From Alphaproteobacteria bacterium (GTDB lineage: Bacteria > Pseudomonadota > Alphaproteobacteria > UBA6615), in the NCBI GenBank assembly GCA_038117045.1, contig JAYOFE010000005.1:53078-117077 (forward strand): 64,000 bases of DNA. The letters are read 5' to 3'. A program made the translations under genes and the position numbers. The notes beneath the pieces were generated by a model, which was not told the origin of the DNA, made no database searches, and saw nothing but the letters and a program-made list of their open reading frames with translations. Each line of letters opens with the position of its first letter. Position 1 is the first letter of the stretch. Positions 9,648 through 19,228 of the stretch are shown in pieces.

Positions 9648-11114
9648 TTAGGACGGAACGTCCACGGACGGGAAGAGTGACTTGTAGGTCGCGAGCTCTT
9701 CCTTGAGACGTCGCTTGCCAATGCGGCGAATGGCGCGGCCCCAGGCCTCCGATGTGTCGGATGCGGCCTGCTTGGCGGTCTTGTCGCCGGCATACATCTC
9801 CGACAGGTTCCGCTTGAGTTCGGTCTCGAACTCCAGCAGGCCGGTCAGGAAGATCGGCGGGGTCACGATCTGCAGGTTCTTCTTGATCGCATCCATGCCG
9901 CCCGGCGTGTACACCTTTTCAGCGAGCGAACCCGGCTTGAAGTGATCCACGTGCCACGGGTCGTGGAACGTGTTCACCGGGTCACCCACGATGCGCGCAC
10001 TATTGGCACCCGTGCCCAGATACATGGCCATATATGCCATGGCTTCCTTGCGCGGGCTGTGGCGGTTTACGAGGATGCCCACATTGGGCGTCGAGACCGA
10101 ACGCTTGAGCAGCTTACCGCTCTTCTTGGAGCCCGGAACCGGACCGAACAACCACTTGCCGGCCGTCTTGGACTTCTTCGGGTTCTCGGCGAGAGCCGCG
10201 ACACCGTCCCAGTACTGGCAGGAATAGGCCTGGCCATTGATGATCCGCGGAATCATCTGCGGCGTGCCCCAACCGGCGGCTTCCGGATGCGAGACCTGCT
10301 TCACGTCCAGATAAGTCTGGAATGCGTATTCGCCGATCTCGTTGTCAATGTTCGGATCCATGTCGTCGGTGAACGGGAACCCGCCTGCGCTGTGGAGGTA
10401 CATGTACCACCAGGCGACGGACGAACCACGGTCACGCAGGTTGGCGCTGCCCCAGAGGTCCTGGTCCGGGCGGTGGAAGAACTTCATGATCTCAAGGTCT
10501 TCTTCCCAGGTCTCCGGCCAGGTCAGCTCGCGCCCGTGCTTGTCGGCAAAGGCCTTTCGCTCATCCGGGTTCTCGAACAGGTCTTTCCGGACGAACTGGA
10601 CGTGGACGTTGCCATCGGTCGTGATGCCGTAGGTCTTGCCCTTGTAGGTCAGGAACTTACCGAAATCGCCAACGGCATTGATCTTGAAGTCGGCCGCTGC
10701 CATGTAGTCGTCCAGCGGCTCCAGAAGGCCGGCAGAGGCCAGCGATGGGATCATGTTGGTATCGACGTGGAAGAAGTCGAACTCCGGCGACTTCGAAAGC
10801 GCTTCGGCCATGGCGCGCTGCGGAATGTCGAACGCGCTGATGTCCTGAAGCTTCGTGATGCTGATCCCGGTCAGGTCGCCGAACTCGTCCATGACGGGCT
10901 TGGCGCCGCTCGAGTACAGGCCCCACATGATGCCGGTCAGGTCCTGACCGTTCGGAACCGCCTTTTTGGCAGCGGCAACGATTCGATCCTCTTCCGCACC
11001 GGCGAAAGCTTGGCCCGCCATCATAGGCGTTGCGACGCCCATGGCAGCCGCAGCGGCGCCAGATTTCAAGGCCTCGCGGCGCGTGATTTCCGACAACTTG
11101 ATTGTCTTAAACAT
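9648..11114 (-). CDS. ABC transporter substrate-binding protein (family 1, extracellular solute-binding) with Tat signal
   Basis: Twin-arginine signal MFKTIKLSEITRREALKSGAAAAAMGVATPMMAGQAFA. About 490 aa, typical of sugar/oligosaccharide SBPs. Confidence 0.85.
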   Translation of the reverse strand: MFKTIKLSEITRREALKSGAAAAAMGVATPMMAGQAFAGAEEDRIVAAAKKAVPNGQDLTGIMWGLYSSGAKPVMDEFGDLTGISITKLQDISAFDIPQRAMAEALSKSPEFDFFHVDTNMIPSLASAGLLEPLDDYMAAADFKINAVGDFGKFLTYKGKTYGITTDGNVHVQFVRKDLFENPDERKAFADKHGRELTWPETWEEDLEIMKFFHRPDQDLWGSANLRDRGSSVAWWYMYLHSAGGFPFTDDMDPNIDNEIGEYAFQTYLDVKQVSHPEAAGWGTPQMIPRIINGQAYSCQYWDGVAALAENPKKSKTAGKWLFGPVPGSKKSGKLLKRSVSTPNVGILVNRHSPRKEAMAYMAMYLGTGANSARIVGDPVNTFHDPWHVDHFKPGSLAEKVYTPGGMDAIKKNLQIVTPPIFLTGLLEFETELKRNLSEMYAGDKTAKQAASDTSEAWGRAIRRIGKRRLKEELATYKSLFPSVDVPS

Positions 11115-11171
11115 TTCGTTCCTCCCTAATTCCTGCCTTTAGTTAGAGGGTAGACCCAGGCAAGGTTTTTT

Positions 11172-11195
11172 CGTCGTCTCAGGCATGTGACGACG
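11172..11195. promoter_or_regulatory. Inverted repeat in the divergent promoter region between the ABC operon and the XRE-cupin regulator
   Basis: CGTCGTC (11172-11178) ... GACGACG (11189-11195), 7-bp arms, 10-nt spacer. Confidence 0.25.
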
Positions 11196-11283
11196 CGGTG
11201 ACGAAACGTTACAACACTTTCCCTGGACGGGAAAAGTTTTCTTAGAGTGGAATCGCGGGGGGAAGGGGTATCGCGCTCGTTGT

Positions 11284-11958
11284 TTGAGCGATGAGGACGC
11301 AATGGACGACGTACGGACACAATCACGGCAGGGTCAGGGACTGACGCTTGGGGCGAAGGTGCGCGGCTTGCGCAAGTCCCAGGGACAGACCCTGGCAGCA
11401 GTCTCCAAGGTGACGGGGCTGTCGATTTCAGCCTTGTCCAAGATTGAAAACGATCAGGTTTCCCCGACATTTGCCAACCTCATGCGGCTGGCAGAAGGTT
11501 TGCGGATTCCGCTGAGCGAACTGGTCACGCTCGACGGAAGCGCGAATGGGGTGTCGGCGCGTATGAGCATCAGCCGCAAGCGTGATATAGTGTTCCGCTC
11601 CACGCCCAAGTACGACATGTATGCGCTTTGCGCCGATCTTCGGCACAAGCGCATGACGCCCCTCATCGAGAAGGTGCGTGCGGAAGATCCGAAGCGACTC
11701 GAAGGCATGATTTCGCATTCCGGTGAGGAGTTCTTCTATGTCCTGCGCGGGGCGATCGAGGTCCACACGGAACACTACAGCCCGGTGCGTCTCGAGCAGG
11801 GTGACAGCGCCTATCTCGATAGCTCGATGGCGCATACCCTTGTGGCGGTCGATGGTGACGAGGCGGACATCCTGATGGTCTGGCTGGGGCCCAACACCGG
11901 TGACGGTGACGGAGCCACTGCTGCGGAAGCCATTCTGAGCCAGACCTCTCGGGCCTGA
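11284..11958 (+). CDS. XRE-family HTH transcriptional regulator with C-terminal cupin domain
   Basis: HTH region QGQTLAAVSKVTGLSISALSKIEND and a C-terminal cupin-like beta-barrel region. The internal start MDDV is also possible. Confidence 0.75.
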   Translation: MSDEDAMDDVRTQSRQGQGLTLGAKVRGLRKSQGQTLAAVSKVTGLSISALSKIENDQVSPTFANLMRLAEGLRIPLSELVTLDGSANGVSARMSISRKRDIVFRSTPKYDMYALCADLRHKRMTPLIEKVRAEDPKRLEGMISHSGEEFFYVLRGAIEVHTEHYSPVRLEQGDSAYLDSSMAHTLVAVDGDEADILMVWLGPNTGDGDGATAAEAILSQTSRA

Positions 11959-12003
11959 CGGCGGCTCATCAAACAAAAGAAACGTTTTCCAGGGAGAGCT
12001 GAA

Positions 12004-12792
12004 ATGGAAGTACGTCAACTCGACATCGCCAACACCGATGTGATCCAGCTCGGGGAAGGGCCCGACCTTCTCTTGCTGCACACACTGCTGGCTGAACGTA
12101 CTGTCTTCGACAGGGTTCTGCCGGAACTGGCGGCCAAACACCGTCTGACCATCCCGAACCTGCCGGGCTATGGCAAGACGCCGCCGCTGGAAAATCGATC
12201 ACCGGCGGTGGAGGACTATGCGGACCGCATTGCCGGGATCATGGATGCCGCGGGCCTGCCGAACGACACCGATGTTCTGGGCAATGGCGCGGGCGGCTTT
12301 ATGTCGGTGGTGCTAGCGATCCGTCATGGCGGGCGTATCGGAAAGCTGATCCTTGCCGATACCGGCCCGGGATTCCCGGAAGCCGCCAAGAAGCCACTGC
12401 ACATTCTCGCCGACAAGGTCGAGGCGGAAGGCATGCAGTCCGTTCTCGATGCCGCGATGCTTCGCATGTTCCCGGAGCCCTATATCGCCGCGAACCCGGA
12501 AGTCATCGCGGAACGGAAGGCCGCGCTTGCCACGTGCAACCCGCAGGCCTTTGCGGCGACAGCGCGGGCACTTGCAAGCGTCGAGATGGCGGACCAGATC
12601 GGCGGCATCACCAACGAGACGATGGTGATGGTCGGTCTCGACGATGCGACCACGCCGCCTGCGTTGTCCTATGCCCTGCATGAGGGTATCCCGGGCGCGA
12701 AACTCGTTGAAATCGAGGATTGCGGCCACTGCCCGCAAATCCAGCAGCGGGACGTGTTCGTGAAGGAAGTTCTTGGCTTCCTCGAGGGCTAG
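12004..12792 (+). CDS. Alpha/beta hydrolase fold protein
   Basis: 262 aa, nucleophile-elbow GNGAGG, HTLLAE N-terminal motif. Confidence 0.75.
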   Translation: MEVRQLDIANTDVIQLGEGPDLLLLHTLLAERTVFDRVLPELAAKHRLTIPNLPGYGKTPPLENRSPAVEDYADRIAGIMDAAGLPNDTDVLGNGAGGFMSVVLAIRHGGRIGKLILADTGPGFPEAAKKPLHILADKVEAEGMQSVLDAAMLRMFPEPYIAANPEVIAERKAALATCNPQAFAATARALASVEMADQIGGITNETMVMVGLDDATTPPALSYALHEGIPGAKLVEIEDCGHCPQIQQRDVFVKEVLGFLEG

Positions 12793-13433
12793 TCTTTTCC
12801 CCGTTTCGTCGCGCCTGCCATGCGCAGGGCAAGGTCGCCGTACTGAACCGCGAGGTCCTCGACGGTCAGCTTGCCCTCGCTGCGGAACCAGTAAACCGCG
12901 AAATCGACGATACCCACGATGGCGAATGCCGTTGAGGTGATGTTCTCTATCGAGAAGTCGCCGGATTTCGTTCCGTCGGTCAGGATTCCACGAAGCCGGT
13001 CCACGAAGTCGCGTTGCAACGTGGTCAGCCGCTTGCGGCGCGCGGCCGGCAGGCCGTCGATCAACTTGTCGACATTGTAGAGCCCGGCATTGAGCATCGG
13101 CATGATGTCGGCCTTGCCCACGTCGTGGCGCACATGAGCTGCCACGAAGGCCCGCAGCCGTTCTTTCGGGGTGGGTCCGGCAGCCGATACGGCGTCGTCG
13201 GACAAATCGTTGAGGACGAGCATCGTGTTCTCGAGCGTTGCGAACAGGATCTCGTCCTTGGATGCGAAATGATAGTAGAGCGCCGGCGCGCTGATCCCGA
13301 TGGTCTTTGCAATGGCGTTCAGGCTGGTGCGCTCGTAGCCGCGCTGCGCGAACAGTCCCGCTGCCTCATTGACGATCAGTGCGCGCGTCTCGTCTGCGCT
13401 GCGGGTACGTCTGCTCGTGCTTGCCTGGGCCAT
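12789..13433 (-). CDS. TetR family transcriptional regulator
   Basis: N-terminal HTH TSLNAIAKTIGISAPALYYHFASKDEIL. 214 aa. Confidence 0.85.
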   Translation of the reverse strand: MAQASTSRRTRSADETRALIVNEAAGLFAQRGYERTSLNAIAKTIGISAPALYYHFASKDEILFATLENTMLVLNDLSDDAVSAAGPTPKERLRAFVAAHVRHDVGKADIMPMLNAGLYNVDKLIDGLPAARRKRLTTLQRDFVDRLRGILTDGTKSGDFSIENITSTAFAIVGIVDFAVYWFRSEGKLTVEDLAVQYGDLALRMAGATKRGKD

Positions 13434-13460
13434 GACCGATCCTTGTCAGGAACGCGAGCG

Positions 13461-13494
13461 TAATACTTAATGAACATTAATTAAATGATGTTCG
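13461..13494. promoter_or_regulatory. AT-rich palindromic region, candidate TetR operator / promoter of the hyu cluster
   Basis: TTAATG-AA-CATTAA, and GAACAT ... ATGTTC inverted repeats in TAATACTTAATGAACATTAATTAAATGATGTTCG. This AT-rich island sits in GC-rich DNA between TetR and hyuA. Confidence 0.35.
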
Positions 13495-13577
13495 ACTGCA
13501 TTGGCTCTGATAATCTGCCATCGTGATTTTGTGTGCGCACCGCGCTGGTTGGTTGCGCATCGGGGATGGGGAGAATC

Positions 13578-15656
13578 ATGCGATTTGCTGTCGACACCGG
13601 AGGGACGTTCACCGACCTGATCGTCGAGGACGATGACAACGGCCTTCATATGTTCAAGGCCTCGACCACGCCGGACGACCCGATCCGTGGCGTGCTCGAC
13701 AGCCTGCAGGTGGCCGCCGAGGGGTTCGGCATGGAACTCGGGGACCTCCTCGCCAAGGGTGAACTCTTCATCCACGGCACGACCCACGCCATCAATGCCA
13801 TCGTCACCGGTAATACGGCGAAGACGGCCTTCCTGACGACTGAGGGCCACCGCGATATCCTCGTCTGGCGCGAGGGCGGTCGGATGGAGCCCTTCAACTT
13901 CACGGTCCCGTATCCAGAACCGTATATTCCGCGCGCCCTGTCCTATGAAGTCCCGGGACGCATCCTGGCCGACGCGTCGGAACTGCACCCGCTCAACGAG
14001 GGGCGGGTCACCGAGATTCTTGAGGATCTGAAGGAGAAGGGCGTCGAGGCGATCGCGGTCTGCCTGCTCTGGTCGATCATCAACCCGTCGCATGAAGACC
14101 GGGTGGGCGCGTTGATCGAACAGCACCTGCCGGGTGTACCCTACACGCTGTCGCACGTGCTCAATCCATCGCTACGCGAATACCGTCGTGCGTCTTCGGC
14201 GGCGATCGACGCCTCCCTGAAGCCGCAAATGAGTGCGTATATGCGCAACCTTACCGGGCGCCTGTCGGATGCCGGGTTTGACGGGCGTGTGCTGATCGTG
14301 ACTTCCCAGGGCGGGATGATGGACGCGGCGGATATCGCCGAGCAGCCGATCCACCTGATCAATTCCGGCCCGTCCATGGCGCCGGTCTCGGGCCGCTATT
14401 TTGCCCGTGAGGACGAGAACTCGGACAACGTGGTGATCGCGGACACCGGCGGCACGACCTATGACGTCAGCCTTGTCCGGCGCGGGCGTATCCCGTGGAC
14501 GCGAGAGACCTGGATCGGCCAGCCCTATCGCGGCCACATGACGGGATTCCCGTCGGTAGATGTAAAATCTATCGGCGCTGGTGGCGGCTCGATCGCCTGG
14601 GTCGACGACGGCGGCATGTTGCATGTCGGTCCGCAGAGCGCGGGTGCGGTGCCCGGTCCGGCGTGCTACGGGCAGGGCGGCGAGAAGCCGACCGTAACAG
14701 ATGCGTCGCTGGTGCTCGGTTATCTCGATCCCGAGTTCTTCCTCGGCGGCAGCATGTCGCTGGATGTCGCGGCATCGCGCGCGGCCATCGAGCGTGACGT
14801 GGCCGGCCCGATGGGCCTGAGCCTGGAAGACGCGGCGGCGGCCGTGATTTCCATCGCCACCGAGAACATGGTGCAGGCGATCATCGACATTACGGTCAAC
14901 CAGGGCATCGACCCGCGCGAGGCGGTGCTCATCGGCGGCGGCGGTGCGGCGGGCCTGAACTCGACCGCCATCGGGCGGCGTCTCGGCAGTGAGCGCGTGC
15001 TCATCCCCGAGGTCGGAGCGGCGCTGAGCGCGGCGGGCGCAATGATGTCCGACCTGCATTCCCAGTACACACGGACCTTTTTCGCCATGTCTGAAAACTT
15101 CGACGTGGAAGGCGTGAATGCAATCCTCGATGCGCTGGAGGCGAGCTGCAATGCATTCATCGACGGGCCGGGGCAGGGCTCCATCGACCAGACCATAGAG
15201 TTCTTCGCAGAGGCGCGTTATCCCGAACAGGTCTGGGAGATCGAGGTGCCCCTGGCGTCGCGGCGGTTCAACAGCGATGCGGATGTGCGCGCACTGGTCG
15301 CCGAATTTCACAAGACCCACGAGGACATCTTCGCCATCTCTGATCCGGAATCCGAGATCGAGGTGGTCGGCTGGACCGCGTCCGTGAAGTGCCGCTTGCG
15401 TGAAAGCGAGGCGGGCTCGCTGGCCGAACGCGAGCTGCAGACTGCGGTCGATGGGATCCGCAAGGTCTACTTCTCGGGCCACGGCTATGTCGACGCGACG
15501 GTGCGCCGGTTCGAGGCGATGAAGGCGGGTGAGGTGCTGGAGGGACCGGCAATCATCGAATCCCCGTTCACAACGGTGGTGATCGATCCGGGCGCGACGG
15601 CGGAGCGGCGCCCCTCCGGCAGCGTGTCCATCGTACCGGGCACGGCGACGGCTTAG
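13578..15656 (+). CDS. hyuA: Hydantoinase/oxoprolinase family protein, subunit A (HyuA-like)
   Basis: MRFAVDTGGTFTDLIVEDD N-terminus typical of HyuA/oxoprolinase N-terminal domains. GGGGAG RBS precedes the ATG at 13578. 692 aa. Confidence 0.85.
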   Translation: MRFAVDTGGTFTDLIVEDDDNGLHMFKASTTPDDPIRGVLDSLQVAAEGFGMELGDLLAKGELFIHGTTHAINAIVTGNTAKTAFLTTEGHRDILVWREGGRMEPFNFTVPYPEPYIPRALSYEVPGRILADASELHPLNEGRVTEILEDLKEKGVEAIAVCLLWSIINPSHEDRVGALIEQHLPGVPYTLSHVLNPSLREYRRASSAAIDASLKPQMSAYMRNLTGRLSDAGFDGRVLIVTSQGGMMDAADIAEQPIHLINSGPSMAPVSGRYFAREDENSDNVVIADTGGTTYDVSLVRRGRIPWTRETWIGQPYRGHMTGFPSVDVKSIGAGGGSIAWVDDGGMLHVGPQSAGAVPGPACYGQGGEKPTVTDASLVLGYLDPEFFLGGSMSLDVAASRAAIERDVAGPMGLSLEDAAAAVISIATENMVQAIIDITVNQGIDPREAVLIGGGGAAGLNSTAIGRRLGSERVLIPEVGAALSAAGAMMSDLHSQYTRTFFAMSENFDVEGVNAILDALEASCNAFIDGPGQGSIDQTIEFFAEARYPEQVWEIEVPLASRRFNSDADVRALVAEFHKTHEDIFAISDPESEIEVVGWTASVKCRLRESEAGSLAERELQTAVDGIRKVYFSGHGYVDATVRRFEAMKAGEVLEGPAIIESPFTTVVIDPGATAERRPSGSVSIVPGTATA

Positions 15657-15673
15657 CGGAAAGGAGAGCGGAG

Positions 15674-17440
15674 ATGGCAAGGCAAAAGATCGACGGCGTA
15701 CAGCTTGCCCTCCTGTCCAACCGGCTGGAGGGGATCTCGTCCAAGATGGGCAACACCCTTATGCGCACAGGGCGCTCGGGCGTTCTCAACATCGCGCGGG
15801 ACTTTTCCTGCTGCATCCTGACAGCGGACAACCAGCTCGCGGCGGTGGCCGAGAGCCTGCCGATCCATGTGCTGTCCGGTCCGGATATTATGGCCGCGAC
15901 CATGAAGTCGTATCATCCGGACCTGAAGCGCGGTGACGCGTTCCTGCACAACTCGCCCTATCACGGGTGCTCCCATGCGGCGGATCATACGATCCTCGTC
16001 CCGGTGATCGATGATGACGGCATCCACCGCTACACGGTGGCGGCGAAGGCGCACCAGGCGGACATCGGCAACTCGATCCCGACGACCTATCACGGCACCG
16101 CGCGCGATGTGTACGAGGAAGGCGCACTGATCTTCCCGGCCGTGAAGGTGCAGGAAGACTACGAATACAACATGGACATCGTGCGGATGTGCCGCCTGCG
16201 CATCCGTGTCCCGGACCAGTGGTGGGGTGACTTCCTGGCCATGATGGGCGCGGCCCGCATCGGCGAGCGCGAGCTTCTGGCGCTGGGCAAGGAGGTCGGC
16301 TGGGACACGCTGGAGGCCTTCAACGAGGACTGGTTCGCCTATTCCGAGGAGCGGATGATCGGCGCGATCAGGCAGCTTCCCGCGGGCACGGCGACGCGCA
16401 CCTCGACCCATGACGCCATTCCCGGCACGCCGGAAGACGGCATTCCCATCACCAGCACCGTCACCATCGACCCGGAAGGCGCGAAGGTGACCGTCGACCT
16501 GCGCGACAATATGGACGCGCAGCCCTGCGGGCTGAACCTGTCCGAAGCGTGCGCGCGTACGGCAGCCATGGTGGGCGTGTTCAATTCCATCGACCATACA
16601 GTGCCAAAGAACGCCGGCTCCTTCCGGCGTATCGACGTGCTTTTGCGCGAGAACTCGGTCTGCGGCATCCCGAAGCACCCGACGAGCTGCTCGGTGGCGA
16701 CGACAAACATTGCCGACCGTGTGTCCAACCCGACCCAGGCGGCCATGGCGGAGATCGCCGACGGTTACGGCCTTGCCGAGTGCGGGGCAATCATCCCGCC
16801 CGCCGTCGGCGTGGTCTCGGGCACGAACCCGGACAGCGGCGAGCCCTTCGTCAACCAGGTCTTCCTGGGCCTGACGGGCGGCGCGGGTGCACCCTATGCG
16901 GATTGCTGGCAGTCGATCTGCCATGTCGGCAATGGCGGGCTCTGCTACCAGGATTCCATCGAACTCGATGAGCTTCGCCAGCCGCTCTACATCAAGACCC
17001 GCGCCTTTGCGCCCGACACCGAGGGTGCCGGAAAGTTCTGCGGCGCGCGCTCGGCCTATACCGAATTCGGACCGCGCGTGGGCAACCTCGACGTCGCCTA
17101 TGTAAGCGACGGAGGCATCAACGGTCCCAAGGGGGTGCGCGGCGGGCTCGGTGGGGCCAATGCTGGCCAGTTCAAGATTACCCGCAACGGCGAGCACGAG
17201 GATCTGCCCAACTGCGCGGTGGTAAATCTTTTGGCGGGAGAAATGATAGGCTCGAAATCGTGCGGCGGTGGCGGGTACGGCAGCCCGCTCGACCGTGACC
17301 CCGAGAAGGTCGCTCACGACGTGCGCGAGGAATATGTCAGCGCCGCGCGCGCCGCCTCCGTCTACGGGGTGGTGGTTGATGGCGAAGGGCGGCTCGACCG
17401 CGCGGCGACCGACAAACTCCGGGCGGACATGATCGCCTGA
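15674..17440 (+). CDS. hyuB: Hydantoinase B/oxoprolinase family protein (HyuB-like), copy 1
   Basis: 588 aa; DGVQLALLSNRLEGISSKMGNTLMRTGRSGVLNIARDFSCCI is characteristic of the HyuB family. Confidence 0.85.
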   Translation: MARQKIDGVQLALLSNRLEGISSKMGNTLMRTGRSGVLNIARDFSCCILTADNQLAAVAESLPIHVLSGPDIMAATMKSYHPDLKRGDAFLHNSPYHGCSHAADHTILVPVIDDDGIHRYTVAAKAHQADIGNSIPTTYHGTARDVYEEGALIFPAVKVQEDYEYNMDIVRMCRLRIRVPDQWWGDFLAMMGAARIGERELLALGKEVGWDTLEAFNEDWFAYSEERMIGAIRQLPAGTATRTSTHDAIPGTPEDGIPITSTVTIDPEGAKVTVDLRDNMDAQPCGLNLSEACARTAAMVGVFNSIDHTVPKNAGSFRRIDVLLRENSVCGIPKHPTSCSVATTNIADRVSNPTQAAMAEIADGYGLAECGAIIPPAVGVVSGTNPDSGEPFVNQVFLGLTGGAGAPYADCWQSICHVGNGGLCYQDSIELDELRQPLYIKTRAFAPDTEGAGKFCGARSAYTEFGPRVGNLDVAYVSDGGINGPKGVRGGLGGANAGQFKITRNGEHEDLPNCAVVNLLAGEMIGSKSCGGGGYGSPLDRDPEKVAHDVREEYVSAARAASVYGVVVDGEGRLDRAATDKLRADMIA

Positions 17441-19224
17441 TGGCGGCGAACGGGACAGGACCGGTCGAGACAGGCACCGATGGTGTCCAGCTCGCGTTGC
17501 TCGCCAACCGGCTGGACGGCATCGTCCGTAAGATGGCCAACACCCTGCTGCGCACCGGTCGTTCGGGCGTTCTCAACACCGCGCGGGACTTTTCCTGCTG
17601 CATCGTCACCGGCGACCACCGGCTCCTGACGGCGACGGAAAGCCTGCCGATCCATGTGCTCTCCGGCCCGGACATGATGGCCGCGTCGATGGCGGAGTTT
17701 CACCCCGAACTGAAGCGGGGCGATGCCTTCCTGCACAACTCGCCCTATCACGGCTGTTCGCATCCGGCGGATCACACGATCCTAGTACCGGTCATGGACC
17801 GCGAGGGGCGCCATCGCTTCACGGTCGAGGCCAAGGCACACCAGGCCGATATCGGCAACTCGATCCCGACGACCTATCACGCGCGTGCCCGCGATGTGTA
17901 TGAGGAGGGGGCGCTGATCTTCCCTGCGGTGCGGGTACAGCGCGACTACGCGAATATCGAGGACATCGTTCGGATGTGCCGCCTGCGTATCCGCGTGCCG
18001 GACCAGTGGTGGGGCGACTACCTCGCCATGATAGGCGCGGCGCGCATCGGCGAGCGGGAACTGACGGCGCTTGGCGAGGATGTGGGCTGGGACGCACTGG
18101 ACGCCTTCGCGGACCGCTTCTTCGATTATTCCGAAGCACGCATGGAAGCGGCGCTCCGGTCGTTGCCGGCGGGTTCGGCGGGACACTCGAGCACCCATGA
18201 CCCGATCCCCGGCACGCCCGAAGAAGGGGTGAAAATCAACGTCAGCGTGACCGTCGATCCGGTCGCCGCGCGGGTGTCGGTGGATTTGCGCGACAATCCG
18301 GATGCGCTGCCCTGCGGGCTTAACCTGTCGGAGGCCTGCTCGCGCACGGCGGCGATGGTCGGCGTCTTCAACTCCATTGACCACACGGTGCCGAAGAATG
18401 CGGGCTCATTCCGCCGCATCGATGTGAAGTTGCGCGAGAATTGCGTCGTCGGTATCCCGAAACATCCGACGAGCTGTTCCGCCGCGACCACCAATGTCGC
18501 CGACCGTGTGTCCAACTCGGTTCAGGCCTCGATGGCGAAGATTTCAGAGCAGGTGGGTCTCGCCGAGTGCGGGGCGTCCAGCCCGCCCGCAGCGGCCGTG
18601 ATCTCGGGTACCAATCCCGAGACCGGCAAACCCTATGTGAACCAGATTTTCCTCGGCCGGACGAACGGCGCGGCCAGTGCGCACACCGATGCCTGGTGGA
18701 CGGTAGGGCATGTGGGCAATGCCGGGATGTGCTTCCTCGATTCCGTGGAACTCGACGAGTTGCGCCTGCCGATCTACGTCCATGCGCGCGGCTTCGTGCC
18801 CGACAGCGAGGGTGCGGGTCGTAATTGCGGCGCGCCGCAGGGCTTTGCGGTGTTTGGGCCGCGGGCGGGGACCATGTCCCTGATCTACAATTCAGACGGC
18901 TCAATCAACGGTCCGAAGGGCGTGCGCGGAGGCCTCGGTGCCGCGAACGCCGCCCAGCACAAACTGACGGCAAGTGGCGAGGAAGAAGAAGTTCCCCGCG
19001 TCGGCCAGGTCTTCCTGGAGCCGGGCGAACTGATGGTCTCGCGCTCCTGCGGAGGAGGCGGGTTCGGCCTCCCGGTGGAACGCGACCCTGCAAGGGTGGC
19101 CCGGCAGGTGGCTGAGGGGTTCCTGTCCGTGGAGCGCGCGCGCAAGCTGTACGCGGTCGCGGTCGATCCCGACGGGCAAGTGATTGCGGACGAGACCGCG
19201 CGGCTCAGGCAAGCGGCGGAGTAG
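17440..19224 (+). CDS. hyuB: Hydantoinase B/oxoprolinase family protein (HyuB-like), copy 2 (tandem paralog)
   Basis: 594 aa, collinear with copy 1 (DGVQLALLANRLDGIVRKMANTLLRTGRSGVLNTARDFSCCI...). The start abuts the copy-1 stop. Confidence 0.85.
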   Translation: MAANGTGPVETGTDGVQLALLANRLDGIVRKMANTLLRTGRSGVLNTARDFSCCIVTGDHRLLTATESLPIHVLSGPDMMAASMAEFHPELKRGDAFLHNSPYHGCSHPADHTILVPVMDREGRHRFTVEAKAHQADIGNSIPTTYHARARDVYEEGALIFPAVRVQRDYANIEDIVRMCRLRIRVPDQWWGDYLAMIGAARIGERELTALGEDVGWDALDAFADRFFDYSEARMEAALRSLPAGSAGHSSTHDPIPGTPEEGVKINVSVTVDPVAARVSVDLRDNPDALPCGLNLSEACSRTAAMVGVFNSIDHTVPKNAGSFRRIDVKLRENCVVGIPKHPTSCSAATTNVADRVSNSVQASMAKISEQVGLAECGASSPPAAAVISGTNPETGKPYVNQIFLGRTNGAASAHTDAWWTVGHVGNAGMCFLDSVELDELRLPIYVHARGFVPDSEGAGRNCGAPQGFAVFGPRAGTMSLIYNSDGSINGPKGVRGGLGAANAAQHKLTASGEEEEVPRVGQVFLEPGELMVSRSCGGGGFGLPVERDPARVARQVAEGFLSVERARKLYAVAVDPDGQVIADETARLRQAAE

Positions 19225-19228
19225 GGCG

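Noticed and set aside
9942-11129. 395-aa plus-strand ORF antisense to the solute-binding protein gene
   Set aside because: Shadow ORF. The minus-strand SBP has a Tat signal and a proper operon context.
14172-17317. Long minus-strand ORFs (14172..15680, 502 aa and 15653..17317, 554 aa) antisense to hyuA and hyuB
   Set aside because: Arg/Ala/Gly/Pro-rich low-complexity translations typical of antisense frames in high-GC DNA. They fully overlap strongly supported HyuA/HyuB genes and have no recognisable domains.
13578-19224. Interpretation of hyuA-hyuB-hyuB' as an acetophenone-carboxylase-like enzyme
   Set aside because: As I recall, the acetophenone carboxylase core has two HyuA-like and one HyuB-like subunit plus small subunits. 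Here the stoichiometry is reversed and no small gamma/epsilon-like gene is present.
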